In this document: piece by piece, positions 38,390 to 49,896 of the stretch
Layout: each line of letters starts with the position of its first letter
Numbering within the stretch: the first letter of the stretch is position 1
Assembly (NCBI GenBank): GCA_002269645.1
Contig: NIVC01000716.1
Span: forward strand, 269,426 to 333,425
Length of the DNA stretch: 64,000 nt
Reading direction: 5' to 3'
Origin: Macrostomum lignano
Taxonomy: Eukaryota
Notes under the pieces: generated by a model
What the model was told of the DNA's origin: nothing
What the model saw: only the letters and a program-made list of their open reading frames with translations
Database searches by the model: none
Program-made: the position numbers and the translations under genes

Positions 38390-38791
38390 CTATGAAACAC
38401 AGCCAAGAATAATTTCCTTGTAGGTCTTTCGTGTTTTGGTCATTGCATACAAAACAGTCATGCACAACTCACCGCAAATATCACTGCTAAGACCTTGGAG
38501 AATAAAGTCTGAGTGGTAAATTTTTTTATTATTTTTTCCCTTCATATAATTTCTTAGCTCTTCTGGTACTGCCGTCCCATAGCTATCGAAGTAATAACAC
38601 TTGTGCTTGCGATCGGGATCAATCACCCAGCAAACCCAATGAGATCCTGGCTTATCGGTAGTGTCAAAGTTCATGATGCCGCATTCTTTTCTTAGAGGAA
38701 AATCAGGCAGAGTGTCCCTCATAAATATTCCTCTAAAGTTTGGGATTTCCAGTTCGTTAGCCAAATCTTCAAGAAAGTTATTTGTCGTCAT
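38390..38791 (-). CDS. Adenain-like cysteine protease
   Basis: H (GSHW), D (FDSYG), Q and C (QGLSSDICG) intact. Confidence 0.93.
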   Translation of the reverse strand: MTTNNFLEDLANELEIPNFRGIFMRDTLPDFPLRKECGIMNFDTTDKPGSHWVCWVIDPDRKHKCYYFDSYGTAVPEELRNYMKGKNNKKIYHSDFILQGLSSDICGELCMTVLYAMTKTRKTYKEIILGCVS

Positions 38792-38836
38792 TTTTTATGT
38801 CATTTTTTATGAGGTTTATTAAACTTTCTATTAAAC

Positions 38837-41800
38837 CTAAACGTAACTTCCACCTCCTAAGCCTAATCTCCAATGCCCGAACGGTAGACTGTTGATATTG
38901 TCATCAAAAATGAATCTCTTGTTATCTGCACCTGACAGTCCAATCTTCTTTTGCTGAATTGTGTGAATAATATGGTTTTTAGATTGTAGCTTTGAGAACT
39001 CATGTGATGTCTTTTTGTTGCAATTCAAGGCGTCTCTGTATTCAGCTTCATTAATTTCCTTCCTAACCACACGTTTCGGAATTCCCTTTGATTTTTTAAT
39101 TGGGTCTGACGACTCACATTTTACAAAATAGGACTTTGCTCTCAACCCAATGAATTCAGTGATTATGTCACCAGCAATCTCGTCCTTCATTTTCCCAATC
39201 ACTTTCTTGTTAGTGGCGTCAAACACTTGATCGCCATTCTGTGTCCTGAAAGATTCATCATACTCAGACAAGTCAAACAAATCTTTTTGCTGCAGCATGT
39301 CCTGATAAATGTCTCCTGTTTGAATGTCCATAATAAAACTGTCTGTGTCAGTGTACAAGAGTTTCATTTTATCCTTGTACTGCTGCTTCATGCCATAGAA
39401 GAACTGGTACATCAGACGTTTTGATTCGTCGAGAACAGTGACACCTTTATAGATCGGCTTGCGCAGCGTCACCTTGGTTTTGTAAAATATGATCACACCT
39501 AAGTAGCTATTAAAGATATGGAGTTCTTTGAATGTTGGCTTTGACATATTTGCCTGAATAACAGCAGGCTCTGATGAGGTAACAAGTTTCAGGTTTGTTC
39601 TTTTCCGCTCATTCTCAAGAGTCTTACCATAGACAGAGTTGTTGGCCAACTTAAAGAGGTTCTTGTCAAAGTCGTTGGTTGCTTTGGGCCTAAACTGAAT
39701 GTTCTTATCAATGTAGGGTTTCATCCACGCTTCCTCTGTAAATGTAAGAGCCCTGTGAACTTTGGTGACCCTACAACCAAGTGAGATAAAATACTGAAGC
39801 AGTTTGTAATGGATTTTGTAACGTGTCTTGTTGTGTAGATTCTGTGTTAGTTTCTCTGTATGTTCTTTTTCTGTTCCTGACAGGTGCCAAGTTCCATAGG
39901 GAGTTTCGATTATTTTCGGACACTTGATGTTCTCTGGGAAGGGTGGAAAGTCAGAGAAAAAGTCGTGAAGCTCTGGTGGAATGTAAACATCAACCTCATA
40001 AATGGCAGCCAATGAAAAGTCCCACTTTAGTTCTGATGAGGGTAGCCATCGAAAATCTCTAACTGGAAGATCTTGACTCATCGCCCACCGTAGAGATTAT
40101 TAGCGTCCAAGTAAGTAATGTAGTTTGAGGGCTGCTCCTTATTGTAAGATTCAATGTAGGGATTGTTTGCTTTTGCATACCTGTTAACGCAAATTGAGAT
40201 CCCCCTCGCTTTGACGATTCGACAAAATTGTACATGTCAATGTCTGTAAGAAGTTCAATGTACCAATCTGGATCTTGATCCCATTTCATTTTAAGCAAAG
40301 ATTCCCAGCTAGTGGCAGGCAGAGACACATAATGTGCTGGATCGAGGCCATATGCTGTGTACCAGGTGTATCTGAAGGTTTCAAACACATCAGCCAGCAG
40401 AAACACATCTGTGAAGAGGTAAAGCAGGTGATACTGGAAGAAGTTTTGACAATTAAAGTAATTATAAACATGCTTCGCGTGCTCATAGTCTTTGTCAGAG
40501 ATTCCAGAGTCTGTTAGCTTTGAAAAGAACTTCTCCTGTGGTGGTAAACCTTCTTCAAATACGTGATAACCAGTAATATTCTCATAGGGGTAGAAGCCTT
40601 TCTTTCTTAAAAGTTTAAATGATTCATAAGTGTTGTTAATTTTACTTGCAAACATCTTTGTATATGTACATTGTTCATCTTTTAGATTCTTGCTTAGTTC
40701 GTCTAGACTGGCAGCTAGAAATTGATATGAATCCTTCAGTCTTATTTTACCTTTACCCGAATTATCCTGTTTAATATCAACACACTTAAACTTCTCCTTG
40801 TTCTCTGCGATGCAATCAAGGTGTATGTCTGGAATCATACCGATTTTTTCAACTATTAAATGCATGTCATAGTTCTTTGCGTTGTGACAAAATATCGTTA
40901 GATCATGAATGTTTGATTTTAGCTTTAGATTACAGGTGTTATGCGCAGCGCCTCTAAATTTCCCAGTAAAGTGGCAGTGGTCCCTAACGGTAGGGTTTTT
41001 AAAATCAGTGCAAGTTAACTGTTTCCTGCAGATGTGACAATGAGTTGCTGATAGGAAATTGCTTTCATCCTCCTCAGTCATCATTATTGGAACAGGTTGA
41101 AGAGTGCTAATCACTCTTTGCAACTCTAACGTTCTGGCAATAAACTGCTCCACACACTGCTCTCCAAAGAAATAATTATACTCAACAAGTCCTTTTGTAT
41201 TAATAAAGGCATATGCTACTGAATTGGTGATATGTTTTTGAGTTTGAGTTTGTTTTTGAGTTGGAGTTTGTTTTTGTGTTTCCGGCATGATTGAGCATTC
41301 GAAATCAGCATATACAACAAATGGGAGCTTCTCCATCTTGTGATAGTTCTTAAACCGGAGATACTTCTCTTCAGCTGAAGGAAGAGAGCAGTTTGTCGGG
41401 TGATCCTCGCATGATAATTGATGCTCTGTTAGCTTTTCAAAGCGTTCAGGTCCACTATAATGCTTAAGGCACAAGCGGCAGATGGCAACAGCCTCGTGAT
41501 GATTATTCAACTGCTTGTGAATGAGTCTTGAAAGATCTTTAATCCAAACATAGTGAGCCTCCTCTAGTAAATTACCAATCACTAGAAGATCCACTTCAGT
41601 CCGCCTTTTCCCCTCAGGATCTAAAACGTCTTTGCTACATCTGACCGGTTGAACTTTCTCAGTTTTTTCACTCCACTCAAAGACTGTGATTCTAATTTTG
41701 TTATTAAACACTTCTTCTAGCTTTGGGATCTGAGAGATCGCCAAGCCTCCTTTGTCAAACCTGATTCCCTTCTTTTCGCATTCGATGAGATAGTAGTTGA

Positions 41801-42685
41801 AATAATTTTGATAATTTGAGGTTCTTTCGGGGTGGTGAGGGACACTATCATAAAGAAGTGCAGAAAGAACTGCCCATAGAGCACAGCAATTGTCTTTATT
41901 TTTAACATTTATGCAAGCTTTTTTACCGGCTAGCTTATGCGGGAGCTCTATATAAGGGGAGGCTTTAAGTGGGTCATATTTCATGACCATGACAGTTGCT
42001 CTTTGAATCCCTCCTACGACCCATCCGGAACCTCTGGATGTAAACGCTTCAATTTTCTTAGTGACATCTTGAAGGAAAGGATCCAGTGTGTCTGTTAGGG
42101 TGAATGGCTTCGCCTTTGTTGTCATGTAATACTCGAGATGCTCAGTGGGTTTCGCAGGCATATAAAACGCAATCTTGAATGATATCTGTAGTTTAAAGGT
42201 CTTGCGTGTTTTGAGTGTGTGATCAACAACTGATTGGATGCTGTCTTTATAGTCGTAGATGTTTGCGGTGGTATCCTTAATTGGGATTGTGTACTCTATG
42301 TAATGTTCTGTAAACTTCCTCTGTGCAAAATTAATCTCTTTAGTGGCAAGCTCCGACTCTTTTAAATGGATTAATTGCTCTAATTTCTCTTGTTCCTGCT
42401 TATTTTGTGGGTACTTTGCTTTTTCACCAGTGAGAGTTTCGTATTTGTTAACTAAATTGCGACTCCTCTCTTGGTGTTCTTTTGCAGGATTTTTTATAGG
42501 CGCATACTGGTTGAATTCTAATTGATTGATGATTTCCAACTGTTTTTCATAGCTTCCCAGGTGACCAGGGTCGGTGTTGAACTTTTGTTTGCATGCTTCT
42601 CTTAGTGAATTACTTTTGTCTTGAAATGAGACGCCTTTTGAAAAAGTTTGTTGACTAAATCTTTTGCTGGATTAGCTTTTGGCAT
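38837..42685 (-). pseudogene. Protein-primed DNA polymerase B, frameshifted near 40205, 40088 and at the N-terminus
   Basis: YADFEC, HNAKNYD, KDSYQF, KGFYPY, KLANNSVYGK, YTDTDS, ADNKR. Confidence 0.96.
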
Positions 42686-42809
42686 TTTTTTCTCCAAAAT
42701 AAAAAAAAATTTTGAGGGTGACCACCCTGATAGAAAAGTTGAACTGTTTCTACATCCTATAAGTAGCGCTAGGTTTAAGAAGCTGGATAAAGTGGGGTTT
42801 TAAACCTCA

Positions 42810-43256
42810 TCACATGCGCATTATTGTAAACCCAGCATTGTGCAGTGTCATGATGGCTTTGACAATGTCAGACTTGCTTACAGAATTTTCATGCTCACAA
42901 TCATCACGATCGGGGCAGCCCTCTCCTGCCTTAATTGTTATACCTTTGTCTCTTGCAATCTTTTGCAATTCCAGCTGGTGGGCTCTATCATTCCCAGCTT
43001 TAACAGCAGTTGCTACACCTCCAGCTACACCACCTGCGGCACTTACAGCGCCTGCAATGATCGGAATAAGAGCTGCTAATGGTAGGATTCCTCCTGACTT
43101 TTCATCTGTGATGCTGTGTCTTTGCTCATTACACTGAACTATTTGCTGCACGGGATCGATTTTTACTTTGGCACCTTTAATTGATATAAGACCTGGTTTC
43201 TTTGATTCAATGATTTTATTGAGTTTATTGATGGTTCTGGTTTCAATCTTTGTCAT
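42810..43256 (-). CDS. pX(mu)-like hydrophobic core protein
   Basis: SGGILPLAALIPIIAG segment. Confidence 0.6.
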   Translation of the reverse strand: MTKIETRTINKLNKIIESKKPGLISIKGAKVKIDPVQQIVQCNEQRHSITDEKSGGILPLAALIPIIAGAVSAAGGVAGGVATAVKAGNDRAHQLELQKIARDKGITIKAGEGCPDRDDCEHENSVSKSDIVKAIMTLHNAGFTIMRM

Positions 43257-43272
43257 TTTTTATTTTAATATT

Positions 43273-44280
43273 TTAATTAATTTCTGTGTCAGCCGGTATC
43301 ACTAGGAGTTCAGCTCTAGTGAATGACCGTGTGGGGGATTTAGGGTTAAAGGCCTGAGATAAAAAGTAATATTCTCCAGAGTCGGAGGTGAAATGTCTGT
43401 CTATTTTATGTACATCAAGGCTGAAGTATGGATCTGTAGCTCTTCTTTTGGTGTCTTTCTCTAGCTCTCCAGGTAGATATAAAAAGCGTAGAAACTCAGA
43501 GTTTGTCAGTATGTATGGTGATTCAACTCCTGGAAGCTTAGGGTAGTTTGAGGTGTGTTTTGTGTTGTGTGTTCTATGAGATGACTTAAGTTCGACAGTG
43601 TCTTGTTTAATTGCATGGGATGGTTTCAATCCAGTCATGCGCGTGACTTCATTGTTCAGTTGTTCTATAACAGTGGGGAGGCGGTCTGTCCATTTTAAAT
43701 AGTACTGACCACTTTTTAGTTTCAGCTCTTCAGCTGTCTGCTTAGTGAATAGCCTCTTGGCTAGAGTTAGATTGAATCTTTCCACAAAAGCCTGGTCTCT
43801 GTGCAAGTTTGTTCTGCCATAGCGTATTTCCGTATTATGCTTTTGTAGGAGACTTCTTACTGCCCCATAGAATTCCTTACCCTGATCGGCCATGAACATT
43901 TCTGGATAGGTTAGAGGAGAGGTTTCATAGATCTCTTGCAGTGCGCTGGCAACAACCTCTGACTTCTTCGTCTTGAGTGGGCGAGCTTCCTTATATCTGG
44001 AGGCAACGTCTGTAATTGTGAGAGCATACTTGTAGCCCGAGTCATTGGGGAGAAACAGAAGATCTGCTTGGTGCGCCTCATTAGGTTTATAAATACTGAA
44101 ATGGGGCCTTTCAAATTTTACTGGTGGGAAATAGACTTGGTAGACTGCTTGCTTAGAGAGCCACTTTTCTACTTTAGCTTTTGGTTCCTTACTTAGTTCT
44201 GTGAGTTTACTAACGGAATTTTTGCCTACAAAGAATCCTTTGTCGCTGTAGTAGAGTTTTTTAAGTTTCTGATCTGTCAT
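43273..44280 (-). CDS. Retroviral-type (rve) integrase
   Basis: D-D-E: QADLL, MADQGKEF, VERFN; intact 335-aa ORF. Confidence 0.95.
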   Translation of the reverse strand: MTDQKLKKLYYSDKGFFVGKNSVSKLTELSKEPKAKVEKWLSKQAVYQVYFPPVKFERPHFSIYKPNEAHQADLLFLPNDSGYKYALTITDVASRYKEARPLKTKKSEVVASALQEIYETSPLTYPEMFMADQGKEFYGAVRSLLQKHNTEIRYGRTNLHRDQAFVERFNLTLAKRLFTKQTAEELKLKSGQYYLKWTDRLPTVIEQLNNEVTRMTGLKPSHAIKQDTVELKSSHRTHNTKHTSNYPKLPGVESPYILTNSEFLRFLYLPGELEKDTKRRATDPYFSLDVHKIDRHFTSDSGEYYFLSQAFNPKSPTRSFTRAELLVIPADTEIN

Positions 44281-44310
44281 TTATTTAAAAAGAAAATTTT
44301 AAATAAAATA

Positions 44311-44799
44311 ATGCAGCGCTCTGGTGGTAAAATAGATTCACATGGACTGATAGAAAAGCTTCCTCATCCAAACAAAGGCTGGACACTTCCCGGCTATAAA
44401 TATTTCGGGCCTTTGAATCCACTTGAAATACAGTTAGATAAAAACAATAATCCACATCCTGGGCATGAGCCTGTGAACGAGCTAGACTCTGTCTGCATGT
44501 GGCACGACGTTAAGTATAGAGATTTTCCAGAGGAGAAGAATCGCTGGGACAAAGAAATGCTCAGGAGACTCGACAATATGGGGATTTCAAGCGGGTGGAA
44601 GGAATCGATCGCTCGGAAATTAGTCAAGGCGGTTATTTTTGGTAAGAAAAAGCTGGGGTTGGGGGTCGGCGGTGAGGGCGGGTGCATAGGGAGAGGGGGC
44701 GGGTGCACGGGGTGCTCGGGAACAGGGTTTATTTTGTGTGCTCCAAACGAGGAACTAGGCAGACTGCTGAAAGATATGGGGGTAGAGAGAGACGCTTGA
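44311..44799 (+). CDS. Parvovirus-like PLA2 domain protein (intron-less)
   Basis: PGYKYFGPLN, PVNELD, WHD. Confidence 0.85.
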   Translation: MQRSGGKIDSHGLIEKLPHPNKGWTLPGYKYFGPLNPLEIQLDKNNNPHPGHEPVNELDSVCMWHDVKYRDFPEEKNRWDKEMLRRLDNMGISSGWKESIARKLVKAVIFGKKKLGLGVGGEGGCIGRGGGCTGCSGTGFILCAPNEELGRLLKDMGVERDA

Positions 44800-45003
44800 G
44801 TCGGGAAGGATTAAAAAAAAGACTCATCGATATTAAATTTTAATAAGTGAAGAGCATGGTTAAATATTTTATTTTATGTTAATAAACAAAAAAAACATTA
44901 ATACAAAGTTGTTCAAAGTTACATATAATAATTTCCTTAGTTAATTCATCCAGTTATTATTACATTGAAAACACTACGAGTAGGCTTAGCTTCGAAAAAA
45001 ATT

Positions 45004-45483
45004 CTAAACACTTTCCAGGATCTCCAGGATTTTTTTTCCAGGATTTTTTTCCAGGATTTTATCAATGTAAACTACTCATAGTAGTACTCTTAACACTTTC
45101 CTGGATCTCCAGGATTTTTTCCAGGATTTTTTTCCAGGATTTTATCAATGTAAGCTACTCATAGTAGTTTTCTAAACACTTTCCTGGATCTCCAGGATTT
45201 TTTTCCAGGATTTTTTTTCCAGGATTTTATTAATGTAAACTACTCATAGTAGTTTCTAAACACTTTCCTGGATCTCCAGGATTTTTTTCCAGGATTTTAT
45301 CAATGTAAACTACTCATAGTAGTTTTCTAAACACTTTCCTGGATCTCCAGGATTTTTTTCCAGGATTTTTTTCCAGGATTTTATCAATGTAAACTACTCA
45401 TAGTAGTCCTCTAAACACTTTCCTGGATCTCCAGGATTTTTTTCCAGGATTTTTTTTCCAGGATTTTATCAATGTAAACTAGT
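45004..45483. repeat. About six tandem 72-87-bp units containing ACTACT-CAT-AGTAGT
   Basis: Unit taaacactttcctggatctccaggattt...atcaatgtaaactactcatagtagt. Confidence 0.92.
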
Positions 45484-45548
45484 TTTCAAGGTAAAATAAC
45501 AGGATGAATTTTTTACGTTACAATTTGCTTAGTTTATTCATCCTTGGC

Positions 45549-46426
45549 TTAGTCGACTGATGCAGTTGCCAACTCCATCGTAGTCTCCTCCAGCAAGGCG
45601 TCCTCGTTCTCTCCTTCAAACACGATGGCAATATCAGTCTCCAACTTGCAGCAGAAGTTGTCGTCCTGCTCCGCCTCTTTCTCGATCGCTCTTTTGTATG
45701 TGAGCAGCGACTCGAACGAGTACCCGGAGAAGACTAAATTTGGGTACTTCCTGATGAACCCGTGGAAGGTGTACAGTCGTTCGGCGAACTTGGGGTCGAT
45801 GTCCAGTCGCTTGGCGGCTCTTTCTGTTGAGAGACCTTGGGTCTTAATAGACGCGAGGATCTCCGCCTGCTTTTTTCTCGCCAGACAGGTGAGCACCTCC
45901 AAGTCCCCAATGAAGGACTCTAAACTGGCGAACTGCGTCAACATTCCGTCCACATCCGTTTGAACGTCGGCCAAGCATAACGCTTTAGCGTTGTAGAAAC
46001 TAAAAAAAGCAATAACACGGAATCATAATGTAAAATATGTTTCGCTTTCTAGAAATCATAAAAACCTTAAGTAATTTAAATCACGTTTTAACCAAGTCAA
46101 GGATTGCAAATAATTGAATAAGCAAAAAAAACTTACCGCGTCTTGATGTCGATCTGCTCATTTTTAATTTTTTTGAGACTCTCTTTTAGACGCGCTATGA
46201 AGCGTGCTTCTCCGCGCTCCTTGTCATTACTGGAGCGCTTGGCCTCGTCGGATTTCTCTTTTTTCAACGATTCACGATTGATTTTTTGCAAGCATCCAAA
46301 AAGTGAGGCCTGCTCGTCTTCGTTAATGGCGGTAATCGCGACAGCCGTGCTTGCGATGTCTTTGCTACTGATACTTTTAATTGTATCGATAATTTTTGTC
46401 GGCTGCTGTTTCGCCTTCGAATTCAT
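45549..46426 (-). CDS. Two-exon accessory gene of unknown function (exons 46426-46137 and 45999-45549; 246 aa)
   Basis: Donor CG|gtaagt at 46136 and acceptor ttttttag| at 46000. Splicing joins KTR to FYNAKALCLADV in frame. TATA-like tatataaa ~80 nt upstream. Confidence 0.75.
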
Positions 46427-46514
46427 GACAGAAGAGAGCAAGGTGAGGCTAGGCGAGGCAGGGCGAGTCGAGGCGGGGCGAGGTGCGGTGTGAATCGGCT
46501 GTTTATATACCCGG

Positions 46515-46845
46515 CAGTTGCATGTAGTTGCCAACTACAAGGTAGTACCTTGTAGTTGGCAACTACAAGGTACTACCTTATAACTTCAGCCAATGGAGAG
46601 AATGGAAAGCACATGTGGAGCGCATGGCATGGGTTTTATTTTTACGTAGAACTTACGTAAACAAGGTACTACCTTGTAGTTGGCAACTACATGCAACTGT
46701 CTTATAACTTCAGCCAATGGAGAGAATGGAAAGCACATGTGGAGCGCATGGCATGGGTTTTATTTTTTAGAACTTACGTCTACACTCTACAAGGTACTAC
46801 CTTGTAGTTGGCAACTACAAGGTAGTACCTTATAACTTCAGCAAG
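46515..46845. repeat. Nested palindromic and direct repeats upstream of the spliced gene
   Basis: 43-bp near-perfect palindrome at 46524-46566, further copies at ~46663 and ~46790, and a duplicated ~65-bp block containing CCAAT. Confidence 0.85.
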
Positions 46846-46852
46846 AAGTTGA

Positions 46853-47255
46853 TTTAAAGTCTTTGGGATCTGGTTTCGCGTTGCAAATTGAATGTGGGGA
46901 GAAGAATGCAGATTATTTTCTGATTGTTTCGAAGATGCTATGGGTGGATGTCTGTGTCAGTGAGCATAACAGGTGTTAGTGGACACCTGTTATGCTCTGA
47001 TTCTGTCAGGGATAATAATGGATGGATTTAATAGGATTATGTTCGAAGTTTTCGGAGCAAGTGCGACCCCTCCCCTTTATTTCACGATTCTGTCGGGGAT
47101 AATATGGATGGATTTAATGGGATTATGGAGGAGGTTTTGTGAGCAGGTGCGACCCCCCTTTTTTCTGATTCTATCAGGGATAATATGGATGGATTTAATG
47201 GGATTATGGAGGAGGTGAAAAATTTTGTCCCAGAAGCCCCCTCATGCATTCTACT
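46853..47255 (-). repeat. Right TIR of Polinton-2
   Basis: Inverse of 31445-31846, ending GCATTCTACT. Confidence 0.93.
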
Positions 47256-49329
47256 CCCACCATATTCATGTGTCTCTGTGAAGACATTTGAATCTAGACA
47301 AATCAGTTGCCAAATTTTCTTAAACTGCAGAGTAACTAGAGCGTGCCACCTGGATGCCTGTGGCCAGACTATCCAGGAGATCTTGCTCATCACTGGGCAA
47401 AAGTGTGAGCGGACTGTTAAGCGCTACTTATCGAGGCGTCGTGATCGCAGTTTGTATAGGGCATCTCTGGCTGTGGATCAGGCGCTGAATCATACAGTTT
47501 CCGAAACTAATGTCATTAAGATTGTTAAGCTAGCTCGTCCAAAATCCAATCACAATAAGCGAGGCTACGATGGAGGAATGTGCGGATGTTTATCAAGAGC
47601 CTGTCCAGACCGACGGTGCACTACGTGTTCAGGCTGCTCCGTCTGCTCTCTCTCTCTGGGTCGTATGTAGTCCAAGAGTGTTTTCTCAATGTCCGCAAAC
47701 GACAGGTCGGCTACAAGTCGTGGGGACACGAGATCTTGCAATTTTTCAAGTGCAGTCAGACCGCAGCAAGCTAGGAAATTGTCGGCTAGGAAAAGCTAGG
47801 AAAAAATCTAGAAAACACGGACTCTACTCCGCCCCATAGGTAGCCGACATGAGGAAGCGAATATAAATAGCGAGCGCCCGCAAGGGGGGGGGGACACGCT
47901 CTCCAACCCACCCCCACGGCCGACCCAAACCCCCAGCAAATCACAGCCGCAGCGAATCACAGCGCAGGGCGAGAGAAATAATCAGCAAACAAGCCCGGCT
48001 TAAGCCACCGGCTGCGGCATACGCACGAAAAAAATTAGATGCGAAAAAGGGTGACTCTGTGTGGGCAGGGTGTAGTTGCACCACAAAATTGCACGCCACA
48101 ACAATAAGAAGGCACTTTTGAGGCCATAGACAAATTAATGGTGATCCGAGAGGATGGGTGCCTAATTAATCTCGGCAAACCAGCGTTTTACATGTAGAAC
48201 AATGGCGCTCGCCAGACAATAGTTGTCACGCACTGGGACCGGTGATTCTTTGGATTGTTATGCTGCTTGACAATCCTACAAACAATGCATTGTATATAGT
48301 AACGCATTGTTCTGCACAAAAATGTGAATAATGATCGTCAAATTGCTAGACAATGAGTTTTTTGTCTTGGTGGCAATTTTGTGAGATGTGATATATGTAC
48401 TGTAGAAATGAAAAGACCGATGGTCCGCCAAACTATTTTGGAGCTGAGGCTCAAGCGAGACGCTAACAAAACGAAAAGCGTAAACCGTACACAGGGCTAA
48501 AAGCTCTCTCGATGATATATATATTGCAGTCAGTCAGAATCAGCCAGCGTGGAGGGGGGTGGGTGAGATGGGCCTGGGCTAAATCGGCGTACATAGAAAA
48601 TTGAATAATAAACACGTACGTACATTAAATCACGCAGTGGAATTGGAAAGAAAATCAATGCTACTAATCTACCTCCCAAACATACCCCCACCTTAGCATG
48701 ACAATGACAAAAACTATTCGAGGGATGAAACAATAAAAACGAATACGGTATTAGGAAAATATTCGAAAACGATGCGTGATGCAAAATCAAACTCAAAAAG
48801 CCAAAAAGCAACGTTGCATGAAAAATAATGGCGACATTGTGACGGGTAGAAAATTAGAGCTAAAGACGATAAGTACGCAGATCGTAGATACAATCGAAAA
48901 TTTTGCAAAAGTGCGTCAGCTATCAAGACAGATTTCCAAATTAAATACGAAAGAAAATTACCGCCACCAGCAACCGCAACTGAAGCAAAAACTGAAACAA
49001 AAATTGTAAGCATTGGGCTATCAAAAGGTCGTTACTAGTGCAAAAACGATGGAACTTCTAAGCGCGGAAAATAAAGCAATATTAAGTAGAGCTCAAAGAA
49101 TGCAAACATCGCTCGTAAAAAACTCAAAAAACACAAAAGATAAACTTGCCGACAAATTCACTAAACCGTAACGACTGCTGTTCAGCAAAATTCACGCAAG
49201 AAAATAAATAGCTAAATAATGAATGTTAATCGCGTTGAACACTGAAAACGAAAATTGGGTTAAGACGGGTGAAGCCTTATTCATATTTTAAGTATAGCAG
49301 CCAGCTACTTCGCTGAAAAAATATACGCG

Positions 49330-49896
49330 CTGCATGCATCTACAATCTCTTCCTAACTCGGCATCTTGCATTCGTCTTCGTTACTACGAAAAGTACAACA
49401 TGGCGACGAGGAAAATTAAAGTCGCCGCGGAACGATACTGCAGTCACCAAATCTTCATCCCGATGTCTTCCGGACTCGACTTCCGACTGGGGGAGATGCC
49501 GCTGTGCTACCCCGATGTCGAACAGTATTTCAAGCGCCTCGGTTTTTACATTAGCGCAACGGAAAAGAATGACCAGAGCAAAGCCGTTCTACTTGCTACT
49601 TGTGGAGATGCCGCATTTTCACTGATTGAAACAGTTGTGCAGCAGAAATCGCTCCTTCGGAATTCGGTGTAGTGTTCTTCGAAAGGCGGAATGATATCAA
49701 CACCTTCTCACATTCGGAACCTATGTCATTACTGTTCTGCTTCAGAGTCACTAGGATCCTGCTAGGATCCTGCAAGAGTGGAAGCTCTATCCAACTTGTC
49801 AGAGCCAAAAGACCGGGATCAATTGAGAAGTGCTATATGCACCTTAAGACACTACGGGATTTTTTGTCGGAACTTCTCTATGATCGCCAAGCCGCT
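49330..49896 (+). mobile_element. Degenerate Gypsy element (LTR end, PBS, gag and pol scraps)
   Basis: ...ACAACA followed by PBS-like TGGCGACGAGG at 49401; gag VEQYFKRL...VLLATCG; RT/RNase H scrap FCRNFSMIAKPL, cut at 49896. Confidence 0.65.

Larger units (their letters stand above)
31445..47255. mobile_element. Polinton/Maverick-2, full length (15.8 kb)
   Basis: AGTAGAATGC...GCATTCTACT termini, ~400-bp TIRs, and 6-bp TSD CCCACC at 31439-31444 and 47256-47261. Complete core gene set. Confidence 0.97.
31130..47570 (+). pseudogene. Second Crypton-like recombinase remnant split by Polinton-2 (exon ending 31413; exon starting 47331)
   Basis: MKNVSEKAGGLTKVYTDRCI | gtaagt ... ctgcag | VTRACHLD...ITGQKCERTVKRY. 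Confidence 0.65.

Noticed and set aside
48700-49200. A-rich ORF fragments upstream of the Gypsy remnant
   Set aside because: No recognisable motif and interrupted by stops; cannot be supported as a gene.
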